From Candidatus Sumerlaeaceae bacterium (GTDB lineage Bacteria; Sumerlaeota; Sumerlaeia; Sumerlaeales; Sumerlaeaceae), in assembly GCA_051003195.1 (NCBI GenBank), contig JBPCLP010000045.1, positions 128,001 to 192,000 of the forward strand: a DNA stretch of 64,000 bases. Reading direction: 5' to 3'. The translations under genes were made by a program, and so were the position numbers. Below the pieces are notes generated by a model, which saw nothing but the letters and a program-made list of their open reading frames with translations, had not been told where the DNA came from and made no database searches. Shown piece after piece: positions 49,298 to 57,872 of this stretch (positions within the stretch are counted from its first letter, which is position 1; each line of letters starts with the position of its first letter).

Positions 49298-51184
49298 TTA
49301 TGGTGCCTCCGATGCGGTGACAATTTTCCCGTGAAGCATATGCATACCGCAGGAGTAGTCGATCTCGCCGGTGGCCGTGGTGGGTAGATCGATGACGGTC
49401 TTTGCGTACGGCTTCAACTCCTGCTCGATCCCAAGCGATGGGATCAGCACCTTGTTCGTACACGTCCCTTCGTCGCGACGGTCGAACACAATGCGGCGCG
49501 GTTGGCCGGCAGCGAGGCGCAGCACTTCTGGTTCGAAGCCGCCCTTCACAATGATCGTGGGTTCTGTAGCTGCCGGAGCTTTTGTCTCGTCTGAAACGTT
49601 AATCGTAGAGGAAGGGTTCAGCCGATTCTCGGCGTCGATAAGGAATGACCCTTCTCCGGCGACCTCCATCCCAGCTTTAAGCCCGGCGAGGAGCGGGTAC
49701 CAATCGCCGACGCGCGCTCCAACTTCCACCTGACGTGCATCGTAGACGCCTTTCGCCTGCTCCATGTAGACGAACTTGCGCGTCCCGGTGTCGATCACCG
49801 AGTTTTCGGGTACGGCGAGCACCTTCTGGCGGCGCCATTTGGTCATGTTCATGCCGCAGTCGCACAACGTGCACACGCCGGGGCGTTCCTGAAAAGCTTC
49901 CGGGTGCATGACGCATGTGTACCCCTCTTCCCACTCAGGTTCGTGATCCGGTTGCACAAGGCTGATGGCGCCTGATCCACGCGCGGCATACACGGTCGCG
50001 GAAGTTTGTGCGCCTGACGCACCCTGGCCGGAGGTGGCTACCGCCTCCGCAGACCTGTGCGAGAGATCCGGTGGCTCCAGTGGCTCGAATCCACCAATGG
50101 GCGCGCGGATCTCGGCAGTTGTATACATGCCCGGGCGGAGCTTCTGACCCGGGTTGTTGATTTCGATCCGGACCTTTACCGAACGTGACAATGGGTCCAC
50201 CGTCGGGTAGATGAAGCTCACGTTGCCGATGAACATCACTCCCGGGTAGGCTATTGTTCGCACATCCACGGCCTGGCCAACTTTAACGTGCGCCAGATCA
50301 GCCTCAAGCACATTGGCTTGAACCCAGACGCGACCAAGGTCGGCCACTGAAAGCAGTTCGGCCCCTTGCTCAAGGTACTGGCCTTCCACGATCTTCTTGT
50401 CCAGTACTGTGCCGGCAATGGGTGTGTAGTACGTGATCACGCGCGGCACCTGCTTGGAGCGCGCGATCTCGGCAACCTGCTCAGAAGTGAACCCGGATAG
50501 AAGCAGTCGTTCCCGCGCGGCGTTTGCGAGGTTTACGCCCGCCACGTCTGCCGACTTTAGTGCGATCACGTACTCCATGGCCGCCGCAATATACTCGGGG
50601 CTGTAAATCTGCGCGACGGGATCGCCTTTCTTCACCTGTGCGCCCACGTAGTTGACCAGCAGCTTCTCGACGCGACCAGGAAAACGATTCGCGATGGTAG
50701 ACTGGGCTGTCTCCATCGCCTCAATCTGGCCGACTACGCGCAGTTCGCGTGAGAGCACCCGCTTCGAAATGAGTTCTGTCTTCACGCCACCTTCAGCAAC
50801 CCGCTGTGGCGAGACCTGCACACGTGCGACGGTGCCTGCAGGCAGATCTTCTTTCTCTCCCTTGCCGCGCTTCACCAGGTCCATACCGCAGATCGGGCAC
50901 TTATCGAAGTGGTCACGGACTATAAAGGTGTGCATGGGACAGAAGTACTCGGATTTGCTGTCGGAGACAACCAGGGCGGACGTTCCGCGGCGCGTGTACT
51001 TTTCGTAGTAATTCTGCACTACATCCCAGTAGCCAATCAGGCCGGCAGAGATGAGCAGAACTGCGACAAAGCGCAGGCGCACCTCGGCAATCTTAACGGC
51101 AAACCAGAAGCGCTTCCAGAAACCTGGCCGTGTGGTTTGCGCCGCCATGGATTCCTTGTTTGTATCAGGTGAGGAGGCGTTCAT
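49298..51184 (-). CDS. cusB: CusB-like heavy-metal RND periplasmic adaptor with two heavy-metal-binding motifs and a C-terminal cupredoxin domain
   Basis: YFCPMH...CPICGMDL; MFP core (VKKGDP..QIYSPE, IYPTVD...LRPGMY); YTCVMHP...CDCGM; C-terminal GTC...YSCGMHMLHG; ATGA overlap with the cusA stop. Confidence 0.85.
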   Translation of the reverse strand: MNASSPDTNKESMAAQTTRPGFWKRFWFAVKIAEVRLRFVAVLLISAGLIGYWDVVQNYYEKYTRRGTSALVVSDSKSEYFCPMHTFIVRDHFDKCPICGMDLVKRGKGEKEDLPAGTVARVQVSPQRVAEGGVKTELISKRVLSRELRVVGQIEAMETAQSTIANRFPGRVEKLLVNYVGAQVKKGDPVAQIYSPEYIAAAMEYVIALKSADVAGVNLANAARERLLLSGFTSEQVAEIARSKQVPRVITYYTPIAGTVLDKKIVEGQYLEQGAELLSVADLGRVWVQANVLEADLAHVKVGQAVDVRTIAYPGVMFIGNVSFIYPTVDPLSRSVKVRIEINNPGQKLRPGMYTTAEIRAPIGGFEPLEPPDLSHRSAEAVATSGQGASGAQTSATVYAARGSGAISLVQPDHEPEWEEGYTCVMHPEAFQERPGVCTLCDCGMNMTKWRRQKVLAVPENSVIDTGTRKFVYMEQAKGVYDARQVEVGARVGDWYPLLAGLKAGMEVAGEGSFLIDAENRLNPSSTINVSDETKAPAATEPTIIVKGGFEPEVLRLAAGQPRRIVFDRRDEGTCTNKVLIPSLGIEQELKPYAKTVIDLPTTATGEIDYSCGMHMLHGKIVTASEAP

Positions 51185-54100
51185 GAGTTTGCTCCTTGAG
51201 TGGATGTCGTAAGCGAAGAGTTCGATGCGGCGGGCGAGTCGTGCTGCGCGGATGCACCGGTTGCGCTGTGGAGTTTCCTCCACCTGCGAGCGCGTACGTG
51301 GTAAAAAAGGACGGGCAGGAAGACGTCGATGACTTCATCGGCGATCAGCAGCCCGCCGAGGACGGGAGCGGCCATAGGCTTGATGATTTCCGAGCCGACG
51401 CCGTCCGCCCACAGCAACGGCACCAGGCCTATGATCGCCGTGCCCTCTGTCAGCAGCTTAGGCCTAAGCCGGTGTACGGCTCCGCTGACGACGGTGCGCC
51501 CGAGCTCTTCCAGAGACTTGATGCCCTCCAGGCCGCCACGTTCGGCAATGGCGTTGCGCAGGTATACCAGCATCACAATGCCGGTTTCAGTGGCCATCCC
51601 GAAGCACGCGATGTATCCTACCCACACGGCCACGCTGAAATTGTAGCCGAAGAGCGTCTGAAACAGCACTCCACCGGCAAGCGCTCCGGGAACCGCCATC
51701 ATCATGAGGAGCGCGTCGGCCAGATCATGATAGGTAAGGTACAGGATGAGGAAGATGAGGGTGATGACTGCCGGAAAAACGAGGGAGAGCGTTTTACGGG
51801 CACGGACCTGGTGCTCGAACTGCCCGCTCCACTCCAGGTAGGACTTTGCAGGCAGCTGCACTTTTTCGGCTACTGTTCGCTGGGCTTCTTCGACAAATCC
51901 AACCATGTCACGGTCGCGCACATTGAGCTGGACGTAGCTGCGGAGCAGGCCGTTCTCGCTCTTTATCATCACTGGGCCTTCCACCACTCTAATGTCTGCT
52001 ACGTCACCGAGAAGCACCTGGGTCGGATTTGCATCGGAGGGTTCAGCTGTGGCTGTCGAGGCCATGCCTGCTTCGCCGCGGGCGGAACCCGCAGGCATGG
52101 AGCTGGCACTATTCGTCGCCACCAGGACCCGCCGGATTGATTCCTCGTCCTCACGAAAATCGCGCGCGTAGCGAACGCGGACAGGGTAGCGCTCGCGGCC
52201 CTCAACAGTGGTCGTAATTGTTTTTCCGCCAAGCGCCACCTCGATCACATCCTGGATGTCCGCAACACTCACAGCATAACGTGCAGCGCGGTCCCGATCG
52301 ATTTTAATATCGATGTAGCCCTTGCCGATGCTTTGATCAGCCACCACGTCTACTGCGCCGCGAACGCCGCGCACGGCTTCGGCCACCTGGTTGGAAACCT
52401 TCTGGATAGTCTCGGAATCTGGACCGTACACCTTGATGCCGACCTGGGTGCGCACGCCGGTTGCGAGCATGTCGATGCGGTTGATGATTGGCTGCGTCCA
52501 GATGTTCACCCAGCCAAGGGTGCGTACACGGCTGTCGAGTTCCTTCAGCAGATCTTCGCGGGTGCCCTGCCACAGGAACACGGTCTTCTTGAACTCGCCT
52601 TCCCGCTCTGAGGCGACCTGTTCAGCAGCGTTCGCCAGCTTTGACGTATCGAACGATGGTGACAGCAGCCCCTGGCTCTTTGCTCCCGTGCTCAGTTCCT
52701 GCGCGGCCTCTCGAACGTAGAAAGGCACACCGATGTCGAACAGCTCCCAATTGATCTTTTTCAGTTGCTGCATCCATTCATCATGCTGGTAGGCAGCCAC
52801 GGCCTCGCGAGCACGCTGGAACTGGTCGCCTTCGGAGCGGCCGATCAGAGAGTTGAACTGCCTCTTAAGAGAAGACCAGGAGACGCCGCTGCTGTCCTTC
52901 AGGGCATCTGATGTGGACTCGATCAGACCTTTACCGGCAAGCTCATCCAGGATTTCACGCCCCGTCTGCTCAACATCGAACAACAGGGGCGCAGTTCGGA
53001 ATTCTGCGGCATGGCGCTGCGTTGCACTGGCAATGGCGAGTTGTTTTTCAGCGTCGGTGGGGGTGCGCTTCCAGCCGTTAATCTCATCGATGTGTCTGTA
53101 CAGCAGGTGTCCTAATTCCGTGATGGACGATAAGCCGAGCCTTTCTTCAAGTGCAACGCGGCGTTTCATCGATTCGTGGCGCATCCGCGCATCAAACGCG
53201 CTGTAACTGTCCATGGCCCCTTTGGCCAGGTTCTCCTTCTGGTCGGCGGTGGAGGTGGTTGAAAGCACACCGGCTGACGCCAGGCCACTGACAATTCGAC
53301 GGTTCTCCGCGAGCGCGTCTTCGTAGCGCAGGTGGCGCTTTGGCCACAGTTCCTTCGGCTGAAGGTTGACTATGCTTTCCACCATGTCCAGCGGTGACGG
53401 ATCTGTGGGCGTGTCAGCGCGACCGCCCTTACCCACCACGTTTTCAACTTCGGGGAATTCGCGCAGGATCGCATCCCGCTGCTTCAGGTCGTCAGAAAGT
53501 TGCGTAACTGACATCCTCGGGACTGAAATCGGCATATCGACGATGGTGCCTTCGTTCAGCACCGGCATGAACTCGCGTCCGGAGTGCCGGAAGAAGTAAA
53601 AGCCGAGTGCCAGCAGGCAGGCGAACATCCACATGACGGTCTTGGGCCGGTGGAGCAGCCACAGCAGCACAGGTCGGTACACCTCGATGAAAGAGCGCAC
53701 GATCCAGTTGTCTTCCTCGCGCTTCAGGCGGCCGCGGATAAGAATAGGAATGAGCGCCGGTACCAGCGTGATGGCGAGAATGGCAGTGCCGATCATAGCG
53801 AAAGTCTTAGTGTAGGCCAGGGGGTGGAACATACGACCTTCCATTCCGGATAAGGCAAACACCGGCAGGAAGGAGACGAGCATGATCAGCACGGCGAAGA
53901 AAATGGGGCGTCCCACCTGCCGGCACGGCTCCACGAGAAGTTCAGTCGTATCGCCGGTTACCTTGCGGTCACCAAAGTGCTTAGTCAGGTGGTGCGTGGC
54001 ATTTTCCAGCATGACGATGGCCGGGTCCACTAGGATTCCAATGGAGATCACGATCCCTGCAAGAGACATAATGTTCGAGGCGATGCCGAATTTCCACATC

Positions 54101-55227
54101 AGGATGAAAGCGATGAGGACCGCGAGCGGCAACGTGATCGAGACGACCAGTGTACTGCGCAGGTGGCCCAGGATGAGAAGGATGGCTACTGTGGCGATCA
54201 GGATGGCTTCAATCATCGTTCGCGTAACAGTATGGATGGCGCCTTCGATGAGACGGGTGCGGTCGTAGAATGGCACGATCTTTACACCCTCAGGCAAACC
54301 CTTCTGGAGTTCTCGGATCTTCGCATGAATTCGCTGCGTCACTTCGAGCGGATTTTCGCCGTAGCGCATCATGACGACGGCGCCGACGGATTCCGAGCCA
54401 TTCTTCTCCAGTACGCTACGGCGGAACCCGGGGCCGATCGTCACATGGGCGACATCGCCAATGGTAACCGGCACCCCCTTGCGGGACTCCAGCACGGTCT
54501 TGGAAATGTCTTCAGGCGATTCGATCCAGCCGGCGCCGCGAACCAGGTACTCGGCCTTGTTCTTCTGCACGACGCGGCCGCCCACGGCAGAGTTGCTGCG
54601 GGAGACTGCATCTACGATCTGACCCAAGGTAACATTGTAGGCACGCAGTTTTTCAGGATCGATGTCGACCTGGTACTCCTTGGGGAAACCACCAGCGGTG
54701 GACACCTGCGCCACGCCTGGCACGGAGTTGATCTGGTAACGCACAAACCAGTCCTGCAGGCTGCGAAGCCGGTCGGCGCTGTACCCTTTTCCCTCCACCG
54801 TGTACCAGAATATCTGACCGAGAGCGGTCGCATCGGGAGCGAGATAGGGTGTCACGCCTTGCGGCAGAAAGGTAGAGGCGAGCGTGAGGCGTTCGAGAAC
54901 ACGGGTGCGGGCGAAATAGAAATCCGTGTTATCTTCGAAGATGATGTTGATCATCGAGAAGTTAAACTCAGACGAGGAGCGGACGGTCTTTACGCCCGCG
55001 AGGCCCTGCAGGTTTACAGAAAGCGGATACGTGATCTGGTCTTCAATTTCCTTCGGGCTGCGGCCCATCCAGTCAGTGAAGACGATCACCTGGTTTTCTG
55101 ATAAGTCCGGAATCGCGTCTACAGGCGTCTTATGCAGCGCGTACAACCCGACGAGGGCCGTCGCGAGTGCGGCGAAGATGACAAGGAACCGATTTCGGAT
55201 GGAGAATTCTATAATTCTCTCTATCAT
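51181..55227 (-). CDS. cusA: CusA/SilA-family Cu+/Ag+ RND efflux permease with a large periplasmic insertion
   Basis: VDAIPDLSENQVIV, PDATALGQIFWY and RLRPKLLT motifs; Met-triad equivalents IVDMP, PLDMVE and RIDMLATG; 1348 aa. Confidence 0.93.
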   Translation of the reverse strand: MIERIIEFSIRNRFLVIFAALATALVGLYALHKTPVDAIPDLSENQVIVFTDWMGRSPKEIEDQITYPLSVNLQGLAGVKTVRSSSEFNFSMINIIFEDNTDFYFARTRVLERLTLASTFLPQGVTPYLAPDATALGQIFWYTVEGKGYSADRLRSLQDWFVRYQINSVPGVAQVSTAGGFPKEYQVDIDPEKLRAYNVTLGQIVDAVSRSNSAVGGRVVQKNKAEYLVRGAGWIESPEDISKTVLESRKGVPVTIGDVAHVTIGPGFRRSVLEKNGSESVGAVVMMRYGENPLEVTQRIHAKIRELQKGLPEGVKIVPFYDRTRLIEGAIHTVTRTMIEAILIATVAILLILGHLRSTLVVSITLPLAVLIAFILMWKFGIASNIMSLAGIVISIGILVDPAIVMLENATHHLTKHFGDRKVTGDTTELLVEPCRQVGRPIFFAVLIMLVSFLPVFALSGMEGRMFHPLAYTKTFAMIGTAILAITLVPALIPILIRGRLKREEDNWIVRSFIEVYRPVLLWLLHRPKTVMWMFACLLALGFYFFRHSGREFMPVLNEGTIVDMPISVPRMSVTQLSDDLKQRDAILREFPEVENVVGKGGRADTPTDPSPLDMVESIVNLQPKELWPKRHLRYEDALAENRRIVSGLASAGVLSTTSTADQKENLAKGAMDSYSAFDARMRHESMKRRVALEERLGLSSITELGHLLYRHIDEINGWKRTPTDAEKQLAIASATQRHAAEFRTAPLLFDVEQTGREILDELAGKGLIESTSDALKDSSGVSWSSLKRQFNSLIGRSEGDQFQRAREAVAAYQHDEWMQQLKKINWELFDIGVPFYVREAAQELSTGAKSQGLLSPSFDTSKLANAAEQVASEREGEFKKTVFLWQGTREDLLKELDSRVRTLGWVNIWTQPIINRIDMLATGVRTQVGIKVYGPDSETIQKVSNQVAEAVRGVRGAVDVVADQSIGKGYIDIKIDRDRAARYAVSVADIQDVIEVALGGKTITTTVEGRERYPVRVRYARDFREDEESIRRVLVATNSASSMPAGSARGEAGMASTATAEPSDANPTQVLLGDVADIRVVEGPVMIKSENGLLRSYVQLNVRDRDMVGFVEEAQRTVAEKVQLPAKSYLEWSGQFEHQVRARKTLSLVFPAVITLIFLILYLTYHDLADALLMMMAVPGALAGGVLFQTLFGYNFSVAVWVGYIACFGMATETGIVMLVYLRNAIAERGGLEGIKSLEELGRTVVSGAVHRLRPKLLTEGTAIIGLVPLLWADGVGSEIIKPMAAPVLGGLLIADEVIDVFLPVLFYHVRARRWRKLHSATGASAQHDSPAASNSSLTTSTQGANS

Positions 55228-55333
55228 CGGATGAATCTCCGTTGGTGCTGCTACAGGTGGGGGTTCATGCGCGTGGGCGCACGGTATCGGAACAGCACTG
55301 CCGCGCGAAGGGCGCGGGCCTGCTAACCGGAGT

Positions 55334-55723
55334 TCAGATTCTGAAAACCCCGAGTAGGGCTGCCGACGGTGGTGAGGCGGAAGCCAGCCAATCGTCTGCG
55401 ATGGGGCCGTTGACGTGCTGCCGGACTGCCGACACGGTTACCAGTGTTTCCAGTGGCGCGATGAATACCGGCACCTCCGGTGCATCGGGAATTGACGCCT
55501 TACCTAGCAGAGGGCCAGTCTTGAAACAGCACTGCTCCTCCGGCATGCTCCTGGGGGTTTGAAACGGGAGCTTCTTAGCGGCGCAGCAAGTCGGTGTACC
55601 GCCAGCTCGTGCCTGGTGCTGAGAAATTAAGGTGCAGGCGAGTGAGGAAGCGGACTGGACGAGCACAGCGCAAATTAGAATGCATACGCTGAGTTCCTGG
55701 GGTATTTGTCTTAGCGCCGTCAT
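55334..55723 (-). CDS. Cys-pair-containing exported leader protein upstream of cusA (putative metal-responsive uORF)
   Basis: Hydrophobic N-terminus; LAC, TCC and QCC motifs; ends SPPSAALLGVFRI*; 106 nt before cusA. Confidence 0.65.
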   Translation of the reverse strand: MTALRQIPQELSVCILICAVLVQSASSLACTLISQHQARAGGTPTCCAAKKLPFQTPRSMPEEQCCFKTGPLLGKASIPDAPEVPVFIAPLETLVTVSAVRQHVNGPIADDWLASASPPSAALLGVFRI

Positions 55724-56501
55724 GTGGCTACCGCCAGCACAACATACCGGTTTGGAGCTGCCGGATTCCCGACAATGAAAAAAACAGAGGCCATTGCGTT
55801 ACAGGCGCTTGTAAATCATTGGCAATCGTGGCCACACGGCCTGCATTGTTTCAGCGAATTGAACCCTCTGCACTTTATGGGAAACTTGGTGACGGAAACT
55901 TGGTAACAGGTTATGAATTGATTTTTGAGAAGCGTGAGTTTCGCAGTGCGTGCAGGGAGTCAGCACCCGGTCAGTTTCTTTTCATGGCCGCCGACTCGAC
56001 CCCGCCACGCGGACTGTTACCCATGTCCGTGGACGATCTGTAACCTATGTCTCCGGGTCGTACAGCCCCTTACTTTAGGTGCCACAAGGGTCTCTAAGAG
56101 GTACTGTGGGAATACCATTGTCCAAAAGCCTGTGCTACACAGGTCCTCATGATGATAAAACAAACGCAATTCCCCGACCCCGAAACCAGCGCGAGCAGGG
56201 ATGCCGCAATCGCCGCAGACCCTCGTGGCGCAGGCGTCTCGCCTGCGGTTGACGGGTTCCAGCAGATAACCGAAGGCAACAGCCATGAAGGTTTCCCGGA
56301 GGCTGTTGGTGCTGATGAAACTGAAGCGGCGGAGTTGGGCCAACAGAGTAAAACCTTACAGAAACATTACCGCTATTCAAGTGGCGAAATTACCAACTTG
56401 AACTTGAAAGCACAAAGGAGACATTTTGATGACCCTGGCAACGCAACCCCCCGTGCCTTACCGCCGTCCATGCCGCCGACGATTCCGAGTCCGGCTTGTA
56501 C

Positions 56502-56535
56502 TCCGCAATCCGCAATCCGCAATCCGCAATCCGCA
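56502..56535. repeat. Heptamer tandem repeat (TCCGCAA), 4 full copies plus a partial
   Basis: tccgcaatccgcaatccgcaatccgcaatccgca. Confidence 0.85.
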
Positions 56536-56677
56536 CTCGCCTCACACGCCTCCGACGAAAAAACAAAAGAGGAACTGGAGGCCACATGATCCGAACATTA
56601 CGGAAATCAAAGGGCGAAATACCCCCCGTCGGGCTGTTTTGATTTAAATCCAGAAATGCCAATGAGGTACGCCAATG

Positions 56678-56714
56678 TTTGATTAGTTTTGATTAGCTTT
56701 GATTAGCTTTGATT
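56678..56714. repeat. 10-bp tandem repeat TTTGATTAG(T/C), ~3.7 copies
   Basis: tttgattagt tttgattagc tttgattagc tttgatt. Confidence 0.85.
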
Positions 56715-56820
56715 GAGGCTCGGCGCTGGTTTTTGAAGTGTGTGCCGCTTGCCGCCACTTTGGGGAGCGCAAGGCTCGAGTCATTGCCCGGGGGCTTCCA
56801 GGACTGATTGAGTCTTCTTC

Positions 56821-56848
56821 TCGCAGCAGGCTGGAAGCCTGCTCTACC
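56821..56848. repeat. GTAG-type REP-like palindrome, intergenic copy
   Basis: Identical to 256-283. Confidence 0.75.
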
Positions 56849-56937
56849 GCGCAAGATGCGCGATATATGTATTTCATGGCGTCGCGCATCAGATTTGGGT
56901 CTGGACTCGCGATGCATTTAAGGCTGGAAACATCCTC

Positions 56938-57747
56938 ATGATTGAATCGAAGCGAATGCTATTGGACGAAGACCTCGTTGAGCTGCGCTCGGCGTACGAG
57001 GTGCTGGAGAACCCGGGCTTTGCGGTGAGGCTGCAGGGGATGCTGGGCGCGCCACTGGAACAGGGCATGAAGTACCTGCCGGCGAATTGGAGGGGCGGTA
57101 TTCAAAAGGCCACTGAGGGAGCGTTGCGTCGGGCGCTGGATGTTGCGACGTCGAGTTTTTCGGACCGGAAGGAATCCGGCGCGGCGAGTAATGCGCTGCA
57201 CAAGCTGCTGGCCGCGGGCAGTGGAGCGGTGGGCGGAGCTTTTGGTTTGCCGGCGCTCGCTGTCGAACTGCCGGTTTCGACGGTCATCATGTTGCGATCG
57301 ATTGCGGACGTAGCTCGCAGCCAGGGTGAGGATATACGTAGTCTCGAAGCAAAGCTGGCCTGCCTGGAGGTTTTTGCACTGGGCGGAAAGGAACCCGGCG
57401 ACGACAGCACCGAGGCCGGCTATTATGCGGTGCGTGCTGTGTTGACTCAGCAACTGGGCGAGGTGGCGCGCTACGTTGCGAAAGCCGGCATCGCCGATAG
57501 CAGCGCGCCCGTGCTGATGCGGTTTATTGGGTCCATTGCGTCGCGGTTCGGCATTGTTGTGAGCGAAAAAGCGATGGCGACGGCGGTTCCCCTGATCGGC
57601 GCGGCCGGTGGGGCAATTATTAATGCCCTGTTCATCGATCATTTCCAGGGAGTCGCGCGGGCGCACTTCACCGTGCGACGTCTCGAACGCATTTATGGCG
57701 CAGGGCTGGTTCAGAGCGAGTACCAGAAGATTGCGGATGGACATTAG
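56938..57747 (+). CDS. EcsC-family protein
   Basis: GAVGGAFGLPALAVELP...MLRSIADVARSQGED, CLEVFALGG and VPLIGAAGGA.IN motifs. Confidence 0.82.
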   Translation: MIESKRMLLDEDLVELRSAYEVLENPGFAVRLQGMLGAPLEQGMKYLPANWRGGIQKATEGALRRALDVATSSFSDRKESGAASNALHKLLAAGSGAVGGAFGLPALAVELPVSTVIMLRSIADVARSQGEDIRSLEAKLACLEVFALGGKEPGDDSTEAGYYAVRAVLTQQLGEVARYVAKAGIADSSAPVLMRFIGSIASRFGIVVSEKAMATAVPLIGAAGGAIINALFIDHFQGVARAHFTVRRLERIYGAGLVQSEYQKIADGH

Positions 57748-57872
57748 CGGACATCGGAGGCAACCGACATTCGGCAGGAAATATAATCCATTCTGGTCGT
57801 ATTGTTAAATACGGGAAGCATCTGGCCAGACACCTGGATCGATGACCGTTGCGGAAAGGGAGTAACAGATTG

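Noticed and set aside
56149..56589. 146-aa ORF as a real gene
   Set aside because: It is low-complexity, includes the translated heptamer repeat (PQSAIRNPQSA) and has no recognisable domain or SD. It cannot be fully excluded.
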